A stretch of DNA of 64,000 nucleotides from Longimicrobiales bacterium (lineage in GTDB: Bacteria; Gemmatimonadota; Gemmatimonadetes; Longimicrobiales; Gaopeijiaceae): contig CBDFIQ010000002.1 of assembly GCA_965248195.1 (NCBI GenBank), positions 512,001 to 576,000 of the forward strand, read 5' to 3'. This document shows, piece after piece, positions 51,563-60,350 of the stretch. Positions within the stretch are counted from its first letter, which is position 1. Each line of letters begins with the position of its first letter. A model generated the notes under the pieces. The model did not search any database and was not told the DNA's origin. It saw nothing but the letters and a program-made list of their open reading frames with translations. Both the position numbers and the translations under genes were made by a program.

Positions 51563-53448
51563 CCCGTGGCCCAGTTCTTTTTACGAGGGGGTGCCGGACG
51601 TGCGACCGCCGTCTCGTCGGCGCCCTCCTCGATGGGCTCCCGCAAGTCGTCGGCCATCTTGCCGAGCCGGTTCACCAACGGGTCGCCCAGCGCGTAGAGC
51701 GCCGCGAGCGCATAGACCTCGAGGTCGATCGCCTCGTTTCGGTCGCGGTTCTGGACGAACGCGTAGACGAACTTCCTACCCTGGCGGACTTTCTTGCGGG
51801 TCTCAGCACCGAATTGGGCGAAATACTCCGCGTCCGCGCCCGTCTTCGTCGGCCCACAAAAGTGCATGTAGCCGGGTCCGCCGGGCTCCTCGCGGGAAGC
51901 GGTCAGAGCGAGCCGGCGGAAGATGATCGTCTTAAAGGCATGAGTGTTGATCGTCCAGGGTTTCACGCGAAACCGGTTCGGGCGCTTCGCACGTTGGAGC
52001 GCTTCCCGGACCCGGGAGTCCGCACCCTTCGACGCGTAGATACCCCGGCCTTCCTTGCCACGGATGAACCGGAACACGCGATCCTGCAAATAACCGGAGT
52101 CGATCATAGTCGCGCGAATCCGGAGATCACGGCCGGACTCGTGACGGTACGTCTTCGTGAGCATGTGCTCGAGTTCCTGCCATACCTCGTCCTGCTCCGG
52201 ATCGCCATGCAGTCGCTCGTGGGTAATCAGCCACGACTCTTCGCGGTCGCCCCAGCCCTTCACGGCCACCTCGAGCCGGTCGTCCTGGACGTCGACGGAC
52301 GCGGTGAGGACGCCGACGCCGTTCGGGATCTCGGCCGGGTACTTCTTCGCCGTACTCGCCAACTCGGTCGGCTCGAACGCCTGGTCGCGCTCCTCCCACG
52401 GCTCGCCGAGCTGCAGGTTGATGAACGTCTTCAACTCTTCCGGGCTGCGCTTCTTCTCGAGCCACAGCGCCGCGAGCTCCGCCCACGTCACCCACGGCGA
52501 ATACAGCGCTGAGATGTGGAAGCCGGCGAAGAGGCCCTTGGGGTTCGTCGTGCGCCACTCACCGTCTTCGAGCATCCGGCGCTTCGCCGTCTCGTCTATG
52601 ATCGCTCCGCAATCCTTGCACACGTAGCAGGCCGTCTCGGGGCGGTACACTTTCTCGCCGTCGACCTCGTCACTCTCCCACGTCACGTTCTTCCAGACGA
52701 GGATCTGACGGTGGTCGCAATGTGGGCACGGCACGAAGTACCGCCTCCTATCCGACGCGAGCCACTCCGGCCATATGCGGCTCGTCTCGAGGTCGCCAGG
52801 CGAAGAGACGAGCAAGACCTTGCGGTTCCAGAAGTTGCGGGTGCGCTGGATGCCGAGGCTCAACGGGTCGCCCTCCGTGCCGGCCGAAGCCGGGTAGCGG
52901 TCGATCTCGTCGCCAAGGAAATCGCGGATCGGATCCGACGACAGATCGGCCGCCGAGTTCGCGCCTACGATCGTCAGGAGGCCGCCCGGGTAAGTCTTCT
53001 GGAGCGTCGTGTTGCCCGAGTCGCGGGTCCTCGCGTCCGCCACCTTACCGCGCAGTGCCTTCGAGTCGCGGAGCATCGGAGCCAGCCGCGTCTTGCTCCA
53101 TCCCTGCGCCTTCTTGAGCGTCGGCTGTACCACCATCGTCGGGCCCGGGTCCTTGTGGATCCGCGAGCCCAGGTAGTTCATCACGACCTCGGTCTTGCCA
53201 ACCTGCGAAGCCGAAGCCCACACGACCTTCCGCACCAACGGATCTCCGAGCGTGTTCATGATCTCGCGCAGGTACGGAGCACGGCTCGTGCGCCATGGCC
53301 CCGGCTCTGGACACGACTCAGGCGAGAGGACGCGGTACCGGTCCGCCCATTCGGAGACCGTCATCCGGACTGGCGGCTGGATCCGCGCACGCATCTCCTC
53401 GGCGGCGGCGGAATGTGCTCGGGCCCTGGAGTCGGCGACGACGCTCAT
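51550..53448 (-). CDS. Terminase large subunit, GpA family
   Basis: SQVGKTE Walker A, FLGDEID, VPCPHC, VDVQDDRLE, IDSG, RNEAIDL. Confidence 0.95.
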   Translation of the reverse strand: MSVVADSRARAHSAAAEEMRARIQPPVRMTVSEWADRYRVLSPESCPEPGPWRTSRAPYLREIMNTLGDPLVRKVVWASASQVGKTEVVMNYLGSRIHKDPGPTMVVQPTLKKAQGWSKTRLAPMLRDSKALRGKVADARTRDSGNTTLQKTYPGGLLTIVGANSAADLSSDPIRDFLGDEIDRYPASAGTEGDPLSLGIQRTRNFWNRKVLLVSSPGDLETSRIWPEWLASDRRRYFVPCPHCDHRQILVWKNVTWESDEVDGEKVYRPETACYVCKDCGAIIDETAKRRMLEDGEWRTTNPKGLFAGFHISALYSPWVTWAELAALWLEKKRSPEELKTFINLQLGEPWEERDQAFEPTELASTAKKYPAEIPNGVGVLTASVDVQDDRLEVAVKGWGDREESWLITHERLHGDPEQDEVWQELEHMLTKTYRHESGRDLRIRATMIDSGYLQDRVFRFIRGKEGRGIYASKGADSRVREALQRAKRPNRFRVKPWTINTHAFKTIIFRRLALTASREEPGGPGYMHFCGPTKTGADAEYFAQFGAETRKKVRQGRKFVYAFVQNRDRNEAIDLEVYALAALYALGDPLVNRLGKMADDLREPIEEGADETAVARPAPPRKKNWATGWKK

Positions 53449-54092
53449 GCGGCTGGCTCCACCTGATCCACGATGCGCTTGGCCAGCTTGGGCCCGATGC
53501 CCCTCACCTGCGTCACGTCATCGAGCGCCCCGAGATCGATGAACGTATGGATCCCCGCGGCGACCAGCGCGCGGTAGCCCGGAAAGTCCTCGGGCAGCGG
53601 CTCTGCGACAGTTCCCTCGAGCTCAATGGAGTCGGCTACGCTCGCCATATCCCGGAGGAGCTCCTCGCTGCAAGTTCGCATCGCTTCGGTGCCCTCGGCC
53701 GGTGACGTGATACCCACCATCCGGGGTCCCCACGACCCCGGCACCGAGAGTAACGCCGCTCGGAACGCATCTGCTATCTTCCCGACAACCGTTCGATGGT
53801 CACCGATGTCGATGAGCTCGCCCTCCGCTTTGGCCACTTCGAGCTGCCGGCGCCTGACCTCGAGTCGCTCCTTTTCCAGCCGGGCCCGGTCGAGATCCGA
53901 CTCTTCGTGGCTGATCTGCTTCCGAACTTCTCGGATGTACCACGGCACGACCTCCTCCAAATCGTAGATCCGGCCTCGACCGTTCGCCGCCGGCCGTGAA
54001 GGGATCATCCTCGCCTCGTCCAGATTGCGAATCTGGCGAGTTGTGAGACCGAGAACGGTCGCCGCAGCCCTCTGGTTCACTTCTAAGGGCAC
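53445..54092 (-). CDS. Terminase small subunit (Nu1-like) with C-terminal HhH
   Basis: VNQ..A..LGLT.RQI..YDL..V..WY; GELI; VRGIGPK. Confidence 0.8.
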   Translation of the reverse strand: MPLEVNQRAAATVLGLTTRQIRNLDEARMIPSRPAANGRGRIYDLEEVVPWYIREVRKQISHEESDLDRARLEKERLEVRRRQLEVAKAEGELIDIGDHRTVVGKIADAFRAALLSVPGSWGPRMVGITSPAEGTEAMRTCSEELLRDMASVADSIELEGTVAEPLPEDFPGYRALVAAGIHTFIDLGALDDVTQVRGIGPKLAKRIVDQVEPAA

Positions 54093-54119
54093 CGGAAACG
54101 GATGTGCATTGTTTCAGAT

Positions 54120-54182
54120 CCTGTCGCTAAAGAAATTCGGTAGTCGTGCGAAACCCACCGGGCACACTCCCGGGAAGGACCC
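54120..54182 (-). other. Probable cos packaging site
   Basis: GGGTCCT (lambda cosQ sequence) at 54176-54182 on minus, ~85 nt upstream of small terminase. Confidence 0.55.
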
Positions 54183-54189
54183 GCTCCCA

Positions 54190-54825
54190 TCATCGGATCC
54201 CAATCGCCCGATCGAACGCACGCGTGAAGTTGGCCGCCCATACGTCGCGGACCGTGGAGCGTGCTGTCACCTCGAACTTCAACTCGGGATCGATCGACAC
54301 CCGCGGCACGAGCTGGTAGAGCGCGAAGATGTCACCATTGATGCGCTGGAAGATCGTTCCGCGTCCCCCAGGCCGGCGGATCAGGAAAGCTCGTCGGCCG
54401 CGGCGGCGCTGACGGGCCTTCTCCAAGAGTGACCGGGGCCTCCATCGCTTTGGGATGATCCCCGTACCAGTCCGTGGGACATTCTCGGTCGGAACGGCGA
54501 TTGAGCGCCCACGGAACGGCCTCTTCGATGTGTCGGTCTCGAACTTGGTGAAGATGTGCGAGCGACCCCTGGGACTATCGACACGGACGGTCGCCTCTGG
54601 CTTCGTTTTCGTAGTGAAGTCGCCCCGCCTGATCTTGATGCTCCGCTCGGCGAACGATCTCCTCCGGATCGTGAAGATGTCGTGGAGGCGGGAGCGCTCA
54701 CGCTTCTGGAATTCGAGAGCGGTCCAGTTGATGGCCAACGACGTAGCGAACGGTAGCTGGTCGCTCTCCACGGTACGCAGGAATACGCCCACCTCGCTGT
54801 CGCGGATGTCGACCTCGATTCTCAT
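54190..54825 (-). CDS. gpZ-like (tail completion) basic phage protein
   Basis: QLPFATSLAIN.TA; Arg-rich; precedes cos. Confidence 0.55.
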   Translation of the reverse strand: MRIEVDIRDSEVGVFLRTVESDQLPFATSLAINWTALEFQKRERSRLHDIFTIRRRSFAERSIKIRRGDFTTKTKPEATVRVDSPRGRSHIFTKFETDTSKRPFRGRSIAVPTENVPRTGTGIIPKRWRPRSLLEKARQRRRGRRAFLIRRPGGRGTIFQRINGDIFALYQLVPRVSIDPELKFEVTARSTVRDVWAANFTRAFDRAIGIR

Positions 54826-54846
54826 GAGAGCCTCCTGAGCACCTCG

Positions 54847-55344
54847 TCAGCCATCCGCGGGTATCCCCAACTGGAGCAAGCGACGCTTTTCTTGCGCAGC
54901 GACCATGTGGGTCGCCGCCGAGTCCCGAAGGGCTCTCGTGTATTCCCGGGTGAACAGTTCATACGCCTTCGCTGGATTGCGGCTGTAGGTCTGTTCCTTG
55001 AACGACAGCGGACCACCAAGCCTACCCACGGCCTGCCTAGCCTCCTCGGAGAGCGCGTCCCATGCCTCAACCCAACCATCCGGGACGTGTGGCGGTGTGT
55101 ATCGCTGGATGAGGCCGACGACCTGGTCCCACTCTCGCCCGGATCTAGCCTCGAGGAACTTCACCGGTGGAGGGAAGAACTCGGCCGAACTCCACACGCT
55201 CATCGCTGCCTCGTGGAACTCCTCCGTCGTGAGACGTGGGCCGAGGAAGCGGTAGTACATCGCGAGCTGCTCAGTGCCGGGCGGTCTGGCGCAGCGCTCG
55301 CTAATCGCGCTCATCGCCTTCTTGAAGTGCTCCCAATCGATCAC
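54847..55344 (-). CDS. Replication accessory (helicase loader/inhibitor-like) protein
   Basis: F..AM..YY..L..F..A..FFP motif; follows initiator. Confidence 0.5.
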   Translation of the reverse strand: MIDWEHFKKAMSAISERCARPPGTEQLAMYYRFLGPRLTTEEFHEAAMSVWSSAEFFPPPVKFLEARSGREWDQVVGLIQRYTPPHVPDGWVEAWDALSEEARQAVGRLGGPLSFKEQTYSRNPAKAYELFTREYTRALRDSAATHMVAAQEKRRLLQLGIPADG

Positions 55345-56252
55345 AGGCCAGTTTGCCTCTTGAGTGCGTTGTCCATGTCTTGGTCGAATTTCTCGGCGTC
55401 GAACCCGGTAGGGCCTCGTTGTCCACCAGCCTTCGGCGGTCGTTCGTAAGATTGCTGGATCCGGATGTGGAGCTTCGTTCGCAGGTTCCGGATGTCACCG
55501 ATGGAGTTTTTCATGCTCCCCTCGTCCTGGCCGAGCAACTCGTTGAACGCGGTCGCCAACAGTCCAGACTGCTCGTCGGGTGGTACGTGTGATCCGTCGG
55601 GTGTTCTCCAGGGCGTCTGGTCGAGGCCATTCCGCCAGCCGGCCAGGGTCTGGACATAGCCGACCTGTCGTGACTTGGGCACGCTCTGGGTGAGGTAACT
55701 ACGGAGGCTCCCCCGGCAGCCAGTGAAGAGTTCGTCGTAGGTCTCGAGTAGCGCCTCGATAGCGTGTGGAAGTTTCACGTCGCGTGCGCCCGCGTCTTCT
55801 TCTTCGTCTTCGTCTTTCTTCGTCCTACTACTACTACGCAGGCTTTGGTCCGCATGTGTGCCGGGTAGAGAGCCTGTATGGTCCGCAAACTCACTTTGCT
55901 GGTCCGCACCTGTGCGGTGTAAAGCTTTAGCCCGTATCTCTGCGGTGTATAATTCGGCCTTTAGTCCGCAAATATCCGGTGTAGAACGGCTCCCACACCA
56001 CTCGAAGACTGGTGAGCCACGTCCTCCTGGACTCTTTGTCACGTAACCGTGGACCTCGAGGAGGCGGACGTGACGGGCAATCGTGTCACCACTCGGAGCG
56101 CCGTGGAGGATGCCGGCGAACTCGTCGTAGGGGATGGCTACGGGCTCCTCTTGGGAAGCCGTCGCTGCAACATGGACACCGATGATACGGGCCGTGTCGG
56201 TGAGGCGCGCATCGTAAAGGAGCTCCGCCAAGGTGGGCTGGGCTTCGGTCAA
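55341..56252 (-). CDS. Replication initiator (wHTH, internal iterons)
   Basis: TTG start after AAGGGGG; TIARHVRLLE.HGYV wHTH; iteron repeats 55843-55988. Confidence 0.65.
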   Translation of the reverse strand: MTEAQPTLAELLYDARLTDTARIIGVHVAATASQEEPVAIPYDEFAGILHGAPSGDTIARHVRLLEVHGYVTKSPGGRGSPVFEWCGSRSTPDICGLKAELYTAEIRAKALHRTGADQQSEFADHTGSLPGTHADQSLRSSSRTKKDEDEEEDAGARDVKLPHAIEALLETYDELFTGCRGSLRSYLTQSVPKSRQVGYVQTLAGWRNGLDQTPWRTPDGSHVPPDEQSGLLATAFNELLGQDEGSMKNSIGDIRNLRTKLHIRIQQSYERPPKAGGQRGPTGFDAEKFDQDMDNALKRQTGL

Positions 56253-56471
56253 GGAGCCCCCCTTTTGCAGCCTTCTGAGACCACAGAACAGCCCACAGTC
56301 GGGTTCCACGCGATCCTCGCCGAGTACCCCGACGAAGAAGCCGTCCACGTGATCGCCGGTCGGAGGAAAGGCAAGGACTGGTACCGGGATGGGCGGGTCA
56401 TTTGACCCGCACGCACCCGGGTGGCGTGCGGCGATGACCACAACAACTACCTTAGACAGGAAGGCAGACCA

Positions 56472-56684
56472 ATGACGGAGGCTACGATGGACCTGATCGG
56501 GAAAGAGGCTCTGGCGGTAGTGATCGAGGCGATCGCCATCGGCGGCAGGAACGCGGAGGAGGCGGCCGAGAAACTCTGGCCTGCCTTCAAGGGAGCCGTG
56601 GCGGGAGCGCTGGAGGAGCTCGACGACGATCAGGCCGAGGGCATTGCGAACTGGCGCGAAGAGCGCCACGCCGACAAGGGATGA
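56472..56684 (+). CDS. Small acidic protein (module copy A)
   Basis: Paralog of 59657-59881; RBS present. Confidence 0.7.
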   Translation: MTEATMDLIGKEALAVVIEAIAIGGRNAEEAAEKLWPAFKGAVAGALEELDDDQAEGIANWREERHADKG

Positions 56685-56890
56685 GCACCAGCCAGAAGAC
56701 CCAGGCCGAACAAATGGACTTGCTCCGCGTGAGGATCGCCCAGTCGGAACTCTCGGCTCGGCGGTTCGCGGTGGACGTGCTCCATCGAGACGAGCGGACG
56801 ATGAGACGCTGGCTCTCTGGAGAGTCGCCGATCCCAGCCGTTGTGCTTGACTGGCTCGAGTATCCCGAAAAAGCGCCCTGGCCGTTGTAG
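56681..56890 (+). CDS. Small XRE-like HTH protein (module copy A)
   Basis: LSARRFA..VL.RDERT..RW...PIP; paralog of 59878-60087. Confidence 0.75.
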   Translation: MSTSQKTQAEQMDLLRVRIAQSELSARRFAVDVLHRDERTMRRWLSGESPIPAVVLDWLEYPEKAPWPL

Positions 56891-56926
56891 TTCTCCGGCG
56901 CGTGACCACATCTATACCTGGGAACA

Positions 56927-57154
56927 TCACTTCCGCAGTCTCATTCCGGGCCCCTCCGGCTCCTGCCACTCGCCACTCTCCAGCAGCTCCAGCGCCCGCC
57001 TGGCGATCGCTTCGAAATGCCTGGTACGGTGCCTGAGATCCCGTATCGCTTCTAGCCAGTCCATCAGCTCGTCATGCCTCCCGTGCGGACAGCCCGTCAG
57101 CAGCTGCCGCGCTATACGCTCTAGCTCGCGTGGCACCAGAGGCTGATGGCTCAT
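56927..57154 (-). CDS. Hypothetical phage protein
   Basis: GGGGAG RBS, co-oriented. Confidence 0.45.
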   Translation of the reverse strand: MSHQPLVPRELERIARQLLTGCPHGRHDELMDWLEAIRDLRHRTRHFEAIARRALELLESGEWQEPEGPGMRLRK

Positions 57155-57178
57155 TCACTCGCTCCCCTTCGGTTCATA

Positions 57179-57802
57179 TCACAGAGCCCCCAAGAGCCTT
57201 GCAGCGTCAGCGACCATTGAGAACTCCTCGTCGGTCCCCCCATAGTCCGGATGCGTTCGCTTCGCTGCCTTGCGGTACGCGGCTTTCGGATCGGCCTGCA
57301 CGTCCTCCAATGAGAGCCCCGACACACGAACCAATACCGACTCCGGACTCTCCGCGGACGTCTTCGCCGGGATCTGTAGCCAGCCCGTGTACTGCTGGCC
57401 GGTCTTCGTGATTCCGTACCGTTCGAGCCGGCGGAGATCCTCGAGGCCCTTGGCGATGGCCCTGAGGTTCCCCTTCCACTCTGTGAAAGTGTCGCACGGG
57501 TACGAAAGCGGGCCGTGCTTCGAATCGAACGAGAGGATGATGCCCGGATGCTCCGGCGAGGCCGTCGCCTTGATCCAGCCGTCTTTGCGGATGTGGCGAC
57601 GCTCGACGGCCATCTGCAGCACGACGCTCTCGGCGTCGAGTTGCCCGAGCTCCTGATCCAGCAGAGACATTGTGGCGTCCCAGTCTACGCCCTGGACGGT
57701 GCTGCCCCTCCATCGGTCGCTCTGCTTCCGAAACGGATGCTGCCGGCGCTCCCCCGTCATCGGGCCCGGCCATCGCTCGATCGGTACAACTTTCCAGTCC
57801 AT
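57179..57802 (-). CDS. Phage protein with C-terminal J-domain
   Basis: PCDTF..W..NLRAIA.GLE.LR..RYG; AYRKAAKRTHPD.GG. Confidence 0.75.
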   Translation of the reverse strand: MDWKVVPIERWPGPMTGERRQHPFRKQSDRWRGSTVQGVDWDATMSLLDQELGQLDAESVVLQMAVERRHIRKDGWIKATASPEHPGIILSFDSKHGPLSYPCDTFTEWKGNLRAIAKGLEDLRRLERYGITKTGQQYTGWLQIPAKTSAESPESVLVRVSGLSLEDVQADPKAAYRKAAKRTHPDYGGTDEEFSMVADAARLLGAL

Positions 57803-57911
57803 TAGACTCCCTTTTGTTTAGTTGGGTCGACGCTTCCCGCGGCGCTCCCCCATCCGACCGGGTGCCGTCGCTTCTCGTCTCGAGCCACCTTCTCTCTCTC
57901 AACTGGCCGAC

Positions 57912-59189
57912 TCATGGAAAGCGCCTCCCGATCCACTCGATCACCCGCACCGTCACCGCATTCCCCATCATCCTGTAGCGTGGGCCGTCCGCGAGTCCTT
58001 CCGTCCAACCGTCAGGGAAGCCTTGTAGTCGTTCGCATTCGGTTGGGGTCAGCCGGCGGGGTACGGCAGCCAGGACGGCACCAGCACCTACGCCAGCCCT
58101 ACCACCATTGGGAGTGAGTAGGGCGTTCGCCTTGCCATCATCACCGAGTTCGGCCTGGGGTGTGCCGTTACGACCACGCACGGCCAGACTCTGCGGCTCC
58201 AGCGGAACCACGCCCGCTGTGTCACCCTGCCCGTTGAGCGTGTTCGCGTAGTCGGCCTCCTCCCATCGCTCGTGATCCTTGGGGTCGTGGGCCTTTTGGG
58301 CTTTGCGGTAGACGGCCGGTTCCTTCGTTGCCCCGAGCGCGGGGCACAGTTCGTCCAAAGGGTTCATGGACTGGTGCGAGGACGCTTTCGGGTGGAAGGC
58401 GAGAATTGGTCCGCTCGTGTGACGCTCCATCCCTGGGCGCACCGTGCCCACGTCCGCGTTTACTTGGATGTCGCTGCCGTTCTGGTGGATGACGCTCGGG
58501 TCTAGGTCGTTTCGTTGTCCGCCCTCGCCGCCAGCGCGCCCGCCAATGCTTCCGGCAACCTCTTTCCCCGTCGTTCGGCTCGGCGCAAAATCCCCGAACA
58601 CGCCTTCGGGCTCAAGAAGTATTTCGAGGGGACAGAGTCCTCCAGCACGTCCGACAATGAACACACGGCGGCGGCGCTGGGCCACTCCGAAAAACTGTGA
58701 GTCACACACGCGCCACGAGACACCGCGACTGGGTCCGATGGCGAACCCAGCGTTGCGCCACCCGCCTTCTGGGACGGCTGGCCGCCAGCCTGTGAATCCC
58801 TCCAGGCATACGGCGAAATCTTCGCCTTGCTCGGAAGACAACAGACCAGGGACGTTCTCAAAGAGAACCCAACGGGGAGCGAGCTCATCAAGGATGCGTA
58901 TTGCCTCGAGGAACAGCCCGGATCGGTCGTCAGCCAGGCCCTTACGCTTTCCAGCCACACTGAGACCCTGGCAAGGGCTTCCGAAGGTGATGCAGTCCAC
59001 GGGAAAGAGATTTGCGACTCCGACATTCCTCACGTCCTCATATTTTGGGACATCCGGCCAATGGTGTCGGAGCACTTGGCGGCACTGCTTGTCGATTTCC
59101 ACCTGCCATGCGCACGTCCAGCCCGCGCGGTCCATTCCGAGGTCAAACCCGCCCACGCCAGAGAATAGCGAACCGTAGGTGGGCGTCAT
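57912..59189 (-). CDS. C5 cytosine DNA methyltransferase (alpha chain)
   Basis: SLFSGVGG, GSPCQ, ENV, QRRRRVF, RRLTPTECERLQGFP, GNAV. Confidence 0.93.
   Translation of the reverse strand: MTPTYGSLFSGVGGFDLGMDRAGWTCAWQVEIDKQCRQVLRHHWPDVPKYEDVRNVGVANLFPVDCITFGSPCQGLSVAGKRKGLADDRSGLFLEAIRILDELAPRWVLFENVPGLLSSEQGEDFAVCLEGFTGWRPAVPEGGWRNAGFAIGPSRGVSWRVCDSQFFGVAQRRRRVFIVGRAGGLCPLEILLEPEGVFGDFAPSRTTGKEVAGSIGGRAGGEGGQRNDLDPSVIHQNGSDIQVNADVGTVRPGMERHTSGPILAFHPKASSHQSMNPLDELCPALGATKEPAVYRKAQKAHDPKDHERWEEADYANTLNGQGDTAGVVPLEPQSLAVRGRNGTPQAELGDDGKANALLTPNGGRAGVGAGAVLAAVPRRLTPTECERLQGFPDGWTEGLADGPRYRMMGNAVTVRVIEWIGRRFP
58502..59026 (-). CDS. Overprinted MTase beta-chain-like ORF
   Basis: Alternative frame, ATG after GAGGA; SLSDVLE..VPSKYFLSPKACSGILRRAERRGKRLP. 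Confidence 0.65.
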   Translation of the reverse strand: MSESQISFPWTASPSEALARVSVWLESVRAWLTTDPGCSSRQYASLMSSLPVGFSLRTSLVCCLPSKAKISPYAWRDSQAGGQPSQKAGGATLGSPSDPVAVSRGACVTHSFSEWPSAAAVCSLSDVLEDSVPSKYFLSPKACSGILRRAERRGKRLPEALAGALAARADNETT

Positions 59190-59231
59190 GCGCTCACCCT
59201 CACAGAGGCGTTATCGTCTCCGGCACCACCC

Positions 59232-59260
59232 TTGCGTGTTATGACATATGTCGGTATATT
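59232..59260 (+). promoter_or_regulatory. Sigma70-type promoter with spacer palindrome
   Basis: TTGCGT-17-TATATT; GACATATGTC at 59243-59252. Confidence 0.6.
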
Positions 59261-59308
59261 TAGTGTACGGTCAAGGCAGTCCCGCCATACCGAGACAGGA
59301 GGCCACCA

Positions 59309-59584
59309 GTGACTTTCGAGATTTTCATCGCCAACGCGGACGCCGGTCGGGTTGCCCAGATCGGGCAGCGCCTTGGGCTGTCTGGCACGATCATCCGTGA
59401 TGCACTCGGGTTCGGAGAGTGGGGCGTAGAGCCCACGATCATCGCACGGATCGGGCAGACATCGAGCGAGCGAGCCATGGACTTCGTTGACGGGGTCTTC
59501 GCGGCATTTCCGAACGAGAAAGCGGTTTGGGTTGAATGCGAAGACTTCGAGGAACTCTGGTACCGGGAGGGCGGGGGCGGTTGA
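59309..59584 (+). CDS. Hypothetical protein (first gene of module copy B)
   Basis: AGGAGG RBS, GTG start; C-terminus resembles relic at ~56300-56405. Confidence 0.65.
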   Translation: MTFEIFIANADAGRVAQIGQRLGLSGTIIRDALGFGEWGVEPTIIARIGQTSSERAMDFVDGVFAAFPNEKAVWVECEDFEELWYREGGGG

Positions 59585-59656
59585 CCCGCCTCCCGGGCCA
59601 GGCCAGGAACAGACCACGTAGTGTCCGACGGATACTCTGACAGCCCAGGAGACACC

Positions 59657-59881
59657 ATGACGGAGGTGACGATGGAGACCACTAGACACAAGGCCCTCGG
59701 GCGACTGCTCACGCAGCTCGGGCCAGCCGCGCGCCGAATAGACCAGGGAGAGGACCCCGATGTAGTGGCCGAAGAGATCTGGCCCGACTTTGTTGACGCA
59801 GTTCGGAAGGCACGCGGTGAGCTCGCTGAGCGGCGAAGTGAGGGGCTTGAGCAGTGGCGCAAGGCCCGGCACTCGGAATGA
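59657..59881 (+). CDS. Small protein (module copy B)
   Basis: AGGAGA RBS; paralog of 56472-56684. Confidence 0.7.
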   Translation: MTEVTMETTRHKALGRLLTQLGPAARRIDQGEDPDVVAEEIWPDFVDAVRKARGELAERRSEGLEQWRKARHSE

Positions 59882-60087
59882 CGACGGAGGTGCCACGGAC
59901 CCGGGAGGAATGGAGGGATCTACTCCGACGCCGGATCGAGGAGTCCGGGTTATCGGCCCGGAAGTTTGCAACCGAAGTGCTACGGCGGGACGAGCGTACC
60001 ATCTACCGGTGGATCCAGCTCGACAACCCAATCCCGGAGCAGGTGCGTAACTTCCTACTCGATCCGATGCCGGCCCCGTGGCCGTGA
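59878..60087 (+). CDS. Small XRE-like HTH protein (module copy B)
   Basis: ATGA overlap; paralog of 56681-56890. Confidence 0.75.
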   Translation: MTTEVPRTREEWRDLLRRRIEESGLSARKFATEVLRRDERTIYRWIQLDNPIPEQVRNFLLDPMPAPWP

Positions 60088-60340
60088 GGGTCACCCCGAC
60101 GCTCACTGCTGGCTCCTTAGCCACCAGGCGCCCGCGTCGTCGAAGATCCGGTCTATGAGCTCGCGACAGGGGCCCGGGCCGGACCTACGCGAAAATGGGG
60201 CGTTGTGAAAACCGTTGACAAAGGTACCGACTTTCGGGACCGCTTCGGGCCTGTAACGACGCGATCCGCTACCCCCGCTACCGTGCGTATTAGGCGTATC
60301 TGTGCGGTTTAACGGGTTCTGTGAGGTTTCTGGGGTTGAT

Positions 60341-60350
60341 CGACCACTTC
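60341..60350 (+). repeat. attR core CGACCACTTC
   Basis: Identical to attL; MMPL frame resumes. Confidence 0.88.

Larger units (their letters stand above)
18722..60350. mobile_element. Lambda-like prophage (~41.6 kb, probably defective) integrated in the MMPL gene
   Basis: Direct repeat CGACCACTTC at both ends; removing the insert gives the continuous MMPL reading EVNDHF|IEYFSPK; int, cI, terminase, portal, capsid and tail genes inside. Confidence 0.93.

Noticed and set aside
56253..56969. N-terminal extension of the 542-aa ORF 55341-56969
   Set aside because: It is the antisense shadow of the plus-strand module; the real start is likely TTG 56252.
59186..60124. 312-aa minus-strand ORF
   Set aside because: Antisense to three RBS-led plus-strand genes; no recognisable motifs.
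18777..60217. AAACCGTTG near both att sites as integrase arm sites
   Set aside because: A single 9-mer pair; plausible but not distinguishable from chance.
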